Source: Macrostomum lignano (Eukaryota). From it: 60,919 nucleotides of DNA. Each line of letters begins with the position of its first letter. The first letter of the stretch is position 1. Below, one piece after another: positions 1-17,000 of this stretch. The DNA lies in the NCBI GenBank assembly GCA_002269645.1, contig NIVC01000682.1:1-60919 (forward strand), read 5' to 3'. Position numbers and translations under genes: made by a program. Below the pieces are notes generated by a model. It did not search any database. It was not told the DNA's origin and saw nothing but the letters and a program-made list of their open reading frames with translations.

Positions 1-1
1 C

Positions 2-118
2 GAGTTGAAACCGTGTCCAGATGAGATTTCCAAGGTTGATTGGCTGACAGTGTCCCAGCTTGATGCACTGCCTGCCGCAGAGGAGGTGGCCCGATTCTGC
101 GGGCATCTCTGCCGCTGA
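2..118 (+). CDS. 3' terminal coding fragment of a probable Nudix-family hydrolase (gene starts upstream of the window)
   Basis: Frame 2 reads ELKPCPDEISKVDWLTVSQLDALPAAEEVARFCGHLCR* (TGA 116-118). The LxPxPxE-x(4-5)-W-x(4)-L pattern resembles the C-terminal strand/helix of Nudix domains. The Nudix box itself is not in the window. Confidence 0.45.
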   Translation, partial: ELKPCPDEISKVDWLTVSQLDALPAAEEVARFCGHLCR

Positions 119-349
119 TTAGACTCGGATTAAGAAACGGTTTTAAGACGGTCGATATGCAAAGATTTGCATTGCACTCGTTGTATACGGCTAAACGGGT
201 TAGTCTGTATCACAGGCCGTTGCTGGGTGAAGTCGAGTAAAGAGCTTTTTTAATAGCAGCGTAATTTGTAGTTGTTAGTCTATGAATTCTCCTTTTTCTG
301 CAGGGTTTTAATTTCTAACTTTTGGTTTTTAGTTAGTCATCTTGGCTTG

Positions 350-1175
350 GGAGAGTCAGATTCTCGGTTAGTCATCCTGGAGAATCAGATTCTCAGGTAG
401 TCATCCTGGAGAGTCAGATTCTCAGGTAGTCATCCTGGGAGAGTCAGATTCTCAGCAAGTAGTCATTCTGGGAGAGTCAGATTCTCAGGTAGTCAGGTTG
501 GGAGAGTCAGATTCTCAGGTAGTCATCCTGGGAGAGTCAGATTCTCAGGTAGTCATCCTGGGAGAGTCAGATTCTCAGGTAGTCATCCTGGAGAGTCAGA
601 TTCTCAGGTAGTCAGGTTGGGAGAGTCAGATTCTCAGGTAGTCATCCTGGGAGAGTCAGATTCTCAGCAAGTAGTCATTCTGGGAGAGTCAGATTCTCAG
701 GTAGTCAGGTTGGGAGAGTCAGATTCTCAGGTAGTCATCCTGGGAGAGTCAGATTCTCAGGTAGTCATCCTGGGAGAGTCAGATTCTCAGGTAGTCAGGT
801 TGGGAGAGTCAGATTCTCAGGTAGTCATCCTGGAGAGTCAGATTCTCAGCAAGTAGTCATTCTGGGAGAGTCAGATTCTCAGGTAGTCAGGTTGGGAGAG
901 TCAGATTCTCAGGTAGTCATCCTGGGAGAGTCAGATTCTCAGGTAGTCATCCTGGGAGAGTCAGATTCTCAGGTAGTCATCCTGGGAGAGTCAGATTCTC
1001 AGGTAGTCATCCTGGGAGAGTCAGATTCTCAGCAAGTAGTCATTCTGGGAGAGTCAGATTCTCAGGTAGTCAGGTTGGGAGAGTCAGATTCTCAGGTAGT
1101 CAGGTTGGGAGAGTCAGATTCTCAGGTAGTCAGGTTGGGAGAGTCAGATTCCCAGGTAGACATCCTGGAAAAGTG
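350..1175 (+). repeat. 30-bp minisatellite (GGGAGAGTCAGATTCTCAGGTAGTCATCCT)n, ~27 units with 29/33-bp variants
   Basis: Direct tandem repetition; source of the GESDSQVVIL ORFs. Confidence 0.97.
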
Positions 1176-1645
1176 AGATTCTCTCTACCAGTATTTCACC
1201 GCCAGTCATTGGACTGCGGATAAAATAGAATTCAAAGCCCTAACCTAAATTCTCATATTATCCATACGCTTATTTTTCCAGTGCGCTGTACCTACAATGT
1301 ACATGTCTTTTTTAGAACTATAATAGTTTAACAACAATTAGATTGAATCAATTGTAAATTATTTGAAACAAGAGCGTATTAACAATTTGTTGACTCCCAA
1401 CCGATGTCATAACTAAATCGCAAACATCATGCCTTTCTTGTAATATGGTTCATTATATTTATGCTTGTATATCATATCATACAATATATAGTTTTATTGC
1501 AGCAGAAATAAATAAAAACTTGTGTACGTTTTGAACAGACCAGCTTGTCTGAAGCAGTTGGTGGTGACATGCGTATCAAATTATTGTGAAGTTTTGCTGT
1601 TTTTAAGATTTTACACAAGTAGCAGAACAGTGCACAAGTCGGTCA

Positions 1646-2077
1646 CACAGATACTAAAATAACTAGATGGGCCACTCAGACATATATACTTAGCAAAATA
1701 GCTTTGTACTTTCAGTTCAGTAGCAAAGATGAATGCGTAAGCTATTTTATAGGAATAAAGGCAGCTGAAATGACTTTGATAAGTAGGAAGTCCAAGCTTG
1801 CAGGCGTAAACAACTTGCTAATTGGTTCAGCAATAATGTACATTGGCCAGTCCACTGAAATGTACATGGCAGCTTTAGGCTGGAAATCCGAGAACGGCAA
1901 TAAAAATTAGATTGGGGGGGGCGGGGGGGGCGGAAAGGCGCGGTTGGAGGGTTTGAGCTAGGGGGTAAGAGCTTTGGCTTTAAAAATACATTAAAATGCT
2001 TCCGTTTAACTTACTACTGAACTGAAAGTAGCTTACACGCAACTGTGCAGAGTGGCCCATCTATTCTAGTATCTGTG
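1646..2077. mobile_element. 432-bp MITE with CACAGATACTA... TIRs and 8-bp TSD (hAT- or P-element-type)
   Basis: Left end CACAGATACTAAAATAACTAGATGGGCCACTC; right end reverse-complements to CACAGATACTAGAATAGATGGGCCACTC. Perfect 8-bp duplication GTCGGTCA at 1638-1645 and 2078-2085. TACTTTCAGTTCAGTAG occurs inverted near both ends. Confidence 0.88.
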
Positions 2078-2111
2078 GTCGGTCATGAGCATATTTTTAC
2101 ATCAGCTCTTG

Positions 2112-2627
2112 CTAGACTTTTCTCACTGGAATTGGTGGCAGCAGGTTTCGAGCTGCAGCCTTTCTTGCCGCCGCCCTTTCAGCTGCGTAGCTTAATCCAA
2201 CTTGTACAGACGGGTGAAAGGATACAGTCTTCTGTTGGTTGTTGTCGTTCTTGGCATTGCTTGGCTTAGCTCTTTGCTGCTGCTCCTGCTGTTTTCGCGT
2301 CCTTCTTGAAGAAGCTTCAAGTGCTAGGCTAGCCGCAGTCAGGGCTTGCTGTACTAGCATTCTTGGCGACGTGGTTGCTACAGGGATTTCGGCCGCCGCG
2401 TCAGACCAGTGCAGATTTTCGTAATATCCTGATTGCCGGGGTCTCATGGTTCGATTGTCTGGCCTATAAGTTGCTCCAGAATCGCAGAGAAACACTATTC
2501 GACGATGATCGAACAATTGCTGCTGTTTCGTCTCTAAACTTGTTGTCCTCCGCTGCTGCGGTAGGCAGAAGCCTACGGTAGTGTTTGGCGAGTTTAACTT
2601 AGCGTTGTTGTCTAATTCTTGCTGCAT
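2112..2627 (-). CDS. Orphan single-exon 171-aa low-complexity protein (Q/A-rich; KTVSF PP1-docking-like motif)
   Basis: True ATG at 2627, non-repetitive ORF with coding-like GC content, TATATAAA-like box near 2859-2868 upstream on the minus strand. No recognisable domain. Confidence 0.5.
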   Translation of the reverse strand: MQQELDNNAKLNSPNTTVGFCLPQQRRTTSLETKQQQLFDHRRIVFLCDSGATYRPDNRTMRPRQSGYYENLHWSDAAAEIPVATTSPRMLVQQALTAASLALEASSRRTRKQQEQQQRAKPSNAKNDNNQQKTVSFHPSVQVGLSYAAERAAARKAAARNLLPPIPVRKV

Positions 2628-3749
2628 TGTCGCTTGTGATCGTGTGTTTTGTTAAGACAGTCGCAGAACTGGCAATGACTTCACTTGAATACGCTGCTCC
2701 GAACGAATTGGTTATAACAGAGCCTACGGACTGCTGCTTTAATAATAATCTAGCTCGGAGGTTTCTTTATCTTTTAGACGCGAGTTGAATTCAACGACGC
2801 TGAGCGAAAGTATTACAGTGTAATCAGCAAACAAAACTCTTGTTCCAAGTGTGCGGACTTTATATAAACCGACTATAGGCGACGAAAGCTCAACTCACTC
2901 GCTAGGTGCCACTTCAGACAGACTTTTATACTCGTATATGGCACTACACTATATTTAACATGTCTCTCTAGTTCTACCTACACTACATGTAGCGTATGGC
3001 TGCATAAAACGTATAAGACATTAAGCATTCGCTTTGCCAAGCTAAACTCAAGCCAACATTTACTGTCTTACAAAGCGATGAATGTTTAATTAAAACTGGA
3101 CAGACAGAGAGAGAATATGCAGCAGGCTTCTCCATGGGGTATCTTGAATTAATATTCCTTAGCGTGCACGCGAACGTGAAGCCGTAGTAGCTGATCAACC
3201 TTAGGAAGTTATAAAGGTTAAAATGCAGAGTGCCTAGACCATGTACAATGTACGTTGTTACTATATGTGTGTACGTTATCACTGACTTACTTCAGATGAT
3301 CTTTGAGTATATATGCCTGTTATATAGATTTTTTCCGGTCGAATAGCACAAAATCCAACTCCATTTCAACATACGAGTACATAGCCCTCGATCTCAAGTG
3401 CATAAAATTCAGGGGATCTAGCATCGAAAACCCGAACTATCGTAACTCCAAATACGGTGCTAAAACTTTTCCGGTGTTGTGATTTTTCGGGTCTATGATG
3501 GCGACCCAACCGCTACTTAAAAGGCCAAACCAAGTGCGACAAAGCACCACTGCGCACACAACAATATAGATATGCTGTTGCCGAACCAGCCAGAATATCC
3601 GCTGCATGGGGACAGCAACGAGCGAGTCTGCTACTTAAAATGACTAACTAGATGTAGTTACTTGGGCTTTTTTAAACTCTCAATTGCATGACATTTCGCG
3701 GCTTATTTGGCTTGTTGCCGCTAAACTAGAATTGATTATGTCGCATTTG

Positions 3750-5066
3750 AGTTAGCTACCCCCCACCTTGTGACCCCTCGTAGTAATAAATAGTTTTGCT
3801 TCAGGGCGCCAGTCGATCCTGATTGTTATCTTCATAGATTGCAAGAAAGCATTAATTTCGACTCGGTCGTCAGGTCTGTGCTCCCAAATGTGCTCCGTGC
3901 GTACAGCGTGCCAGAGCAGCTGATTTCCGCCATCATGGCGATGTACCCTGATACGAAAGCTGCTGTTTCAACACCGGACGGCCTATCGGACTTCTTTGAG
4001 ACATCCTCCAGAGTGCTTCAGGGAGATACGCTTGCGCCGTTTCTGTTCGTTCTGGTGCTTGACTCGGCGCTGCGGACCGCTCTTCCTACCAACGACGATG
4101 GCTTTCTGTTGCGGCGACGCGAGGGTCGACGTCAACCGGAGAGGCGGCTCAGCGTGCTTGGCTACGACGACGATCTCGCCCCGTTGTCCTCAACTGTCAA
4201 GGGCGCCAAAGCGACAACTGGACAAGCTAGTTGCTGTTGCGGCGAGTCTCGGCCTGGTGGTCAACACGCAGAAGACCGTCGTGCTCTACGTGCCGGACGA
4301 CATCGAGGCTGCGATTTGGTGCCGAGGCGCTGATGAACAGGCGACAGAGCTTCCGCGTTGTCAGCAGTTCGTCTACCTCGACAATCTGGTTCCCGGTGTC
4401 CGCGAGGATTTGCGGCGTCGCCGCGGGCTTGCCTGGGCTGCCTTCCGCTCTGTGAGGGCAGTCCTGCAGTCCGAGGCCGTACCTGACCGCTAGAGGGCGG
4501 CGTTGTTCCAGGCGGTGGTCGAGACCGTCCTGCTGTACAACGCCGAGACCTGGACGCTGACGGAGTCGCTCGAGCAGCAAGTTGACGCGGCGCACGCTGG
4601 CCTGCTGCGCGCCGCCTTCAAGATCGGCTACGAGCGAGTGACCAACGCGGCTTTGTATCGCCGCACCAGCCTGGTCCGTCCAAGCGACCTGTTGCGCCGT
4701 CGGCGACTCCAGCTGGCAGGCCACATCATCCGAGCCGAGCCGTACTGCCCAGAGCCGCTGCAGGAGGTGCTGCTGCTAACGCTGCAGGCACCCTACCGGC
4801 GGGGGCAGGCGCGCACTCGGCGTTTCGTCGACTGCCTGCTGGCTGACGCCGGCGCCCCGGATTCGGCCGGCGGCGTGGCGTTCGTTCGCGACCCGACCTG
4901 GCCTTGAGGCGCGCCCTGTGATGCTAACTACGTATTCTGTTGTTGTTGTTCAGGGCGCCAAAATGAGTTCTAACAACACCGATTCTCAAAATAATGCACA
5001 TCTATGAATTTAGTCATGTACATGTACATGTAGAATCATTGGCTTTGTCCCCCCCACTATAAAATC
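3750..5066 (-). mobile_element. Degenerate copy of the hAT-type MITE of 18738-20169, with one 21-mer seed unit, split by an RTE LINE
   Basis: 3750-3811 and 4951-5066 match the reverse complement of the two flanks of the arrays at 18.7-20.2 kb and 21.3-22.2 kb (GGCGCCAAAATGAGT, GATTCTCAAAATAATG, CATGTACATG, GGCTTTGTCCC). Terminal TIRs are lost. Confidence 0.75.
3812..4948 (+). mobile_element. 5'-truncated, frameshifted RTE-clade non-LTR retrotransposon (RT C-terminal half)
   Basis: RT motifs QGDTLAPFLF and GYDDDL (YADD equivalent), then VLLYNAETW and LQLAGHIIR. One frameshift and one in-frame stop near 4491. (TGT)n tail; 12-bp TSD TTCAGGGCGCCA at 3800-3811 and 4949-4960. Confidence 0.92.
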
Positions 5067-5112
5067 GAAATACACGGATACGAAACAATAGCTACATGTA
5101 TTGATCCGTATT

Positions 5113-5325
5113 GACTCTGCATTGCTTCAGTTCAACTGGGTGCCGCATTAGCTGGGGTAATTGAGGGTGTGTGTGTGTGTGTGGCGACCCCCCCCCCCAC
5201 ACAGTCCTTGGACTGAACAGCCGTACGCAGCCTTCAAATGCACCGCGCAATAGCTGCGGCTGAGCTGTCGGTTGCACATCTGCATGCTCATTAGAGTAGG
5301 AGCAATCAATAATTACTTTTATTGT
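5113..5325 (+). mobile_element. 5'-truncated copy of the tRNA/CORE-like SINE of 6043-6310
   Basis: Near-identical to 6140-6300 (CTCTGCATTGCTTCAGTTCA ... CAGTCCTTGGACTGAACAGCCGTACGCAGCCTTC ... GCTGAGCTGTCGGTTG), with an expanded (GT)n/poly-C segment. Confidence 0.85.
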
Positions 5326-5530
5326 TATTATTCACACAGTTACCGTTTGTTTATTTTTCAGTTTAAAACGTGTTTTAAAGACGACATTTGGCATTGTGTT
5401 TTTTATAATTACGTGTACATACATTATCCTAGACACTTCTGTTTAATGCATTGCATTAATGTACTACAAGTTATGTAAGACTAATAAAAAAGAGTTGTAT
5501 AAAAGGAAATTGGCTAATTTGGACCAAAGT

Positions 5531-11292
<5,762 letters not shown>

Positions 11293-11417
11293 CAATAACC
11301 TCTGAAGTCGCAACTTGTGTCAATGTTGAGCAGTAAAAAATTATTTTTAGAAATAGCAAACACTAGCATTTTATAGCTTTGCCTGCGTTCTGAAGTATTG
11401 TACCCTTTTGTCTATGG

Positions 11418-11776
11418 CAGGAGTCGGCAAACTTTTTGTCTCAAGGACCAGGTAGAGAACCTAAAGCATGACTGCGGGCCTGAGGAGGGGAGAGAGGAAA
11501 TGGAATAGAGAAGAGAGATAGGAGATAGGAGAAAGGAGAGAGGAGAGGAAAGGAGAGGAGAGGAAAGGATAGATCGAGGTGAAGGGAGAGGAGAGGAGAG
11601 GAGAGAGGAGAAAAAATAAGTGTGAGGTGAAGGGAGAGGAGAGATTAGAGAAAAGAGAAGAGGCGATTAGAGAGAAGAGACACCGTGAGCTGGCCGCATT
11701 GCTATTGTGAAGTTTCAAAGAAACCGATCGAGGGTCGGATAGAGAGGCTTCGCGGGCCGGAGTTGGCCGACCCCTG
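11418..11776 (+). mobile_element. hAT-type MITE (CAGGGGTCGGCAAAC family) with a short internal (GGAGA)-rich tract
   Basis: Left CAGGAGTCGGCAAAC, right GTTGGCCGACCCCTG. Flanks GTCTATGG / ATTTATGG (6/8 TSD match). Internal blocks GCATGACTGCGGGCC and ATTGCTATTGTGAAG are shared with 16671-17870. Confidence 0.85.
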
Positions 11777-11963
11777 ATTTATGGTTTTCGGTAGTAAGAC
11801 TTTCGGCAGCAACTCAACTGTTTGCCCGGCTGTTTTTTTATATTGTTTGCCGGGAAATTAGCGGAAGCATTTGGCTAGAGGAAAGAATCGAAAAGTGACA
11901 ACCACGAACATTTGTTGCCAGAAAAGCAACAAAAAAGTAATTTTTTTCCTCCGATAATGATGT

Positions 11964-12287
11964 CTACCTGGCGATTGATGGACGTGGATTCCAGGTGCCG
12001 TTGAATTGCCGCACAAAAACAGATGAGAGACATCGGCGCGTAGCATGTTCCATCCCTGCTTTCGAAGAGATGAATAAAAAATCTTCAGATCGATTAGGAA
12101 TCGATCCGTGGTACACGCTCAAACTCCTGGGAGAGCCCCTGCTTTTTGAGGAACTGGTGGAGCCTTTTCGTTGAGTCTCGGTTGATTTCGGCACACATTC
12201 ATTCTCAACCCGGTCCAGAATTTGCAGATCTGTGCTGGTTAGCTCAGGCAGCACTTGGATACTGGATGATGCATCCAAATTGTTCAT
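11964..12287 (-). CDS. Possible small Ser-rich ORF (107 aa), unknown
   Basis: True ATG at 12287 in non-repetitive sequence; no motif or splice support. Confidence 0.2.
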   Translation of the reverse strand: MNNLDASSSIQVLPELTSTDLQILDRVENECVPKSTETQRKGSTSSSKSRGSPRSLSVYHGSIPNRSEDFLFISSKAGMEHATRRCLSSVFVRQFNGTWNPRPSIAR

Positions 12288-12554
12288 CTACAAAGCTCTT
12301 GCTCCACTCTCGGGTGACAAAAGCCAACTCGTCCGTGGAGAGTCCGAATATTTCTCCGCCAGGAATGTTTTGGTAGCGACAATCATAGCTTCTTTTTCCA
12401 TTGGTTATTTAAATAAAAGCTCAAACTTCACTAGAGAATCAATTGATGACAGTTAGGCTGGTCGCCTTCACTGTCCTTTCCAATTACCATCGACGATTGA
12501 CTGATTATTTTTACTGCTATTTCAAAGTGCAGCAGAATTGACTAGAAATCCGGC

Positions 12555-12830
12555 ACCAATACTGTACTCAGGCCACACGCTCACACGGGCCCTGGCTCTC
12601 TTGGGGGTTGGCTCTCGTGGGTGACCAATTTTCATGCGCACAAGCACCCAATCAATGCGGCCGCTATGGGAATCGAAGCATGGGTCCAAAAGTCCGGCAC
12701 ATTTACCTCTGAGATGCTGTGCTCCTTTACTTCCGAACCTAACCCTAACTTTAATCCTTATTTCCCAAGGCCCAACCCTGTAACTCTAACATTAACCATG
12801 CAGCATGTGAATTGCCGATAGTCAGTTGTC
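12555..12830 (-). mobile_element. Copy of an unclassified dispersed repeat (also at 7678, 14400, 18065, 21100, 55430); CCTAACCCTAAC tract suggests a Helitron/Helentron-like non-autonomous element
   Basis: Reverse complement shares CTTGTGCGC..GAAAAT, CCACGAG..CCAACCCCCAAG and GGGCC..TGTGAGCGTGTG with 14400-14590 and 55430-55565. The class assignment is a guess. Confidence 0.55.
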
Positions 12831-13149
12831 GTGCCCCCGTTTCAATGCTGGTGTGTAGTTCTTAGCGAAAATATCACGATCATGGTAAGAAAGTCATGGT
12901 TCTCTGGCAGTCTGGTGCTCTGATGTCAATAAATTTGACATTTTTATTTTGTTTTACAACTTTCAATCCGAATAAATACTTAACCAGGTTTTAGTATATT
13001 CAGTTTGATTTGTTTAAAATGTTGAAAGTTCTGAACGCATTTTTGCCAAAAATACCTTTATTTAACGACTACTAATAGTAGACAGAACGTAGAACTTCAT
13101 GGATGATTTTTTAAAACCTAAATATACAGCTAAATATACAGGCACACGA

Positions 13150-13890
<741 letters not shown>

Positions 13891-14002
13891 ACTTTCTTAC
13901 TGAGTGACCAAAAAGTTGAGAATTTCAAACAACTCATAGATTTGATCTGCTATATTAACCAGTTATCGAGTTGCTTGAGTACGCATAATACGTCGAACTT
14001 CC

Positions 14003-17000
14003 CTACCACAGGCTGGTTAGCACTGAAGCTACCAAAATACATGTAAATCCAGCCAGAGCCAGCAGTGCCCAGCACCAAACCATACTACTTTCAGCACTAG
14101 GCTTTGTAGCCGTTAAATACTCGTCAGAGCTCCAGCGACCATTTAGCCATCCGTTGTTGATGAAGCGCGCAGCCTCCGGCCAGGCGTGTCGCCCTACCAG
14201 ACGATACTGAGCGGGCAGGCAGGGCTGACACCAGCATCGGAGCGCCAGGCCCAGCGATCGGTGCTGCAGCAGCAGCGACAGCAGGCGCGGTCTGCAGCCA
14301 ATTTCGTCGGCAAGCATGTCCATGACGTCGAGCCAGTGAGTCTGAAATTAATGAGTTGCGCAAATATTTAACGGATGCTGCTCGGGTTCGATGACCACAT
14401 TCATTTTGGGGCTTGTGCGCTCGAAAATGGGCTAGCAGGTGAGCTGTCGAGCAATTCACAGCCACGAGGCCCAACCCCCAAGGCACAAGGTGTACATGTC
14501 TAACGATTACAAGGTCAAAGGGCCGCTGTACACACCCTGTCTGAGCATCTGTATGAGTGCGTACCTGCGTACAGTATTGTATTGTATGTGCTCAGGGGTC
14601 AGCGCAATGGGAAGGAACTGTCTCAGCGGGCAATGTGTGTAGAATGGGACCCCTCAGAAGCGCACAGGCTCATCAACAGGAACGCAACAGTTGGTTGCAG
14701 TTTCACCTCCATAGCGTGTCTATCTGTCCGACGAAACTTGACCCGAATTCGACGCTTTCTTTCGACGATTTCGGCGTCTCTTTTTTCAGTGCCAGGCAGG
14801 AGGTGGTGAAGGTCATCAACTTGACGTTCAGCGAACACCTTGGCGGCCCATCTGGCTTGGGCTTCCAGTACCGGGAAGAATGCTCCAACCACCTGTGTTT
14901 TGGAGAGGCAGGTGTATTTACAGTCAATTGGTTGCGTACAGCATGTGGAATCTTAAATACTTCGTAGCCAACTGTTTTGCACAACTAGATTGACCATTAC
15001 CTGCAAGAGTCCAACTGCAGCGAACGTGTTGTACTCCCGATGGAAGGTGAACTTGTATAGACCTGCCCAACCGTCTGGCTCGATTTCAAGCAGTTCCTTC
15101 GATACGAAAGGCAGAGTCGGTCGATAGCCGGTGGCGAAAATCACTGCGTCCACCGAGGCGCTGCTGCCGTCAGCAAACTCAGCGCGACCGTCGGAAGTGA
15201 ACCGTGTCAGGCCCGGCTTCACAGACACGAATCCGTCAGCTATGCGGTACTGCAGCTGGTCGTGAATTGTTGGATGCGTCGAGAGCACACTGCGGAGCGG
15301 TTGAGGGTCGAGCATGCAGACTCCGTGCTTCCATGCGTTATTTTTTGTCCTCCTGACTATAAGACTCTCAAGACGCTTGAAACTCTCCTGCCTCTTGTGA
15401 CTCTCCTGCCTCTTGTGACTTTCCTGCCTCTTGTGACTCTCCTGCCTCTTGTGACTCTCCTGCCTCTTGTGACTCTCCTGCCTCTTGTGACTCTCCTGCC
15501 TCTTGTGACTCTCCTGCCTCTTGTGACTCTCCTGCCTCTTGTGACTCTCCTGCCTCTTGTGACTCTCCTGCCTCTTGTGACTCTCCTGCCTTTTGTGACT
15601 CTCCTGCCTCTTGTGACTCTCTTGCCTCTTGTGACTCTCCTGACTCTTGTGACTCTCTTGCCTCTTGTGACTCTCCTGACTCTTGTGACTCTCTTTACTC
15701 TTGTGACTGTTATGACTCTTGTGACTCTCTTTACTCTTGTGACTCTCCTGACTCTTGTGACTCTCCTGCCTCTTGTGACTCTCCTGCCTCTTGTGACTCT
15801 CTTTACTCTTGTGACTGTTATGACTCTTGTGACTCTCTTTACTCTTGTGACTCTCCTGACTCTTGTGACTCTCCTGCCTCTTGTGACTCTCTTTACTCTT
15901 GTGACTCTCTTTACTCTTGTGACTCTCTTTACTCTTGTGACTCTCCTGCCTCTTGTGACTCTCCTGCCTCTTGTGACTCTCTATACTCTTGTGACTGTTA
16001 TGACACTTGTGACTCTCCTGTCTCTCGTGACTCTTCTGTGACCCTTTTCATTCTTGTAACTTGCCTGACTCCAATGACCCTAAACCATTTTTAGGCTAAC
16101 TGATTCTTAAAACACTCTCAACTTTTATACTGTACTCGTATAGACTATTTTGACGTTTCTGAGTACCCTATCAACGCACCTATACTCAGGCCTAAGTCCC
16201 AGATGTTGATGGCAGTGCTTGAAGTTAGCAAACGCCCTGACGGCGCACTCCAGAGCCCAGTCGGGCAGCAGCAGCCTCCCTAGTCTAGTGGTAGCCAGCG
16301 CGTCCATCGGCCAACCGAACGGGCCGGTCTTGCCGACGATCCATGACCCGCCGCCTCGACAGCTGAGCATGACTGAACGGCAGTGCCAACTAAGTTCGCA
16401 GGCGATATCGGCGCCCGAGTTTCCTAAGCCGACAACCAGGACTCTCTTGTTGGCAAATCGCTGATAATCGACGTAGCTGCTTGAGTGACAGATGTCGCCA
16501 GTGAAATTGGCAATACCTGACGGCCTCGGACAGTTGGCCTGCCAGTGATGTCCGGTGCAGATCAATACGGCGCCGAATTTGCGTCGTACAGACAGCTGCT
16601 CCGTTCTACCGTCAGCTGTGACGTTGCTGCGATGTCAAAGCAGAAAGATAAACGATATTAAAGCCTAGGACAGGGGTCGGTAAACTTTTCTTACTTCAAG
16701 GGCCGGATATGAGAACCTAGCGCATGACTGCGGGCCTGTTGGAGAGAGTAGAGGGAATCGAGAGGATAAATTGGAGAAAGGAGAGGCCAAGGAATAAAGG
16801 AGAAAAAATGAGACGATAGGAGAGGAGAGAGGAGGGGAAGATGAAATAGAAGAGGAGAAAGGAGAGAGGAGAGGAGAGAAGAGAAGGAGAGGAGAGAGGA
16901 GAAGGAGAGAGGAGGGAAGGGAGAAGGGAGAGGAAAAGGGAGAGGAGAGGAGAGGAGAGGAGAGGAGAGAGGAGAGGAGAGGAGAGGAGAGAGGAGAGGA

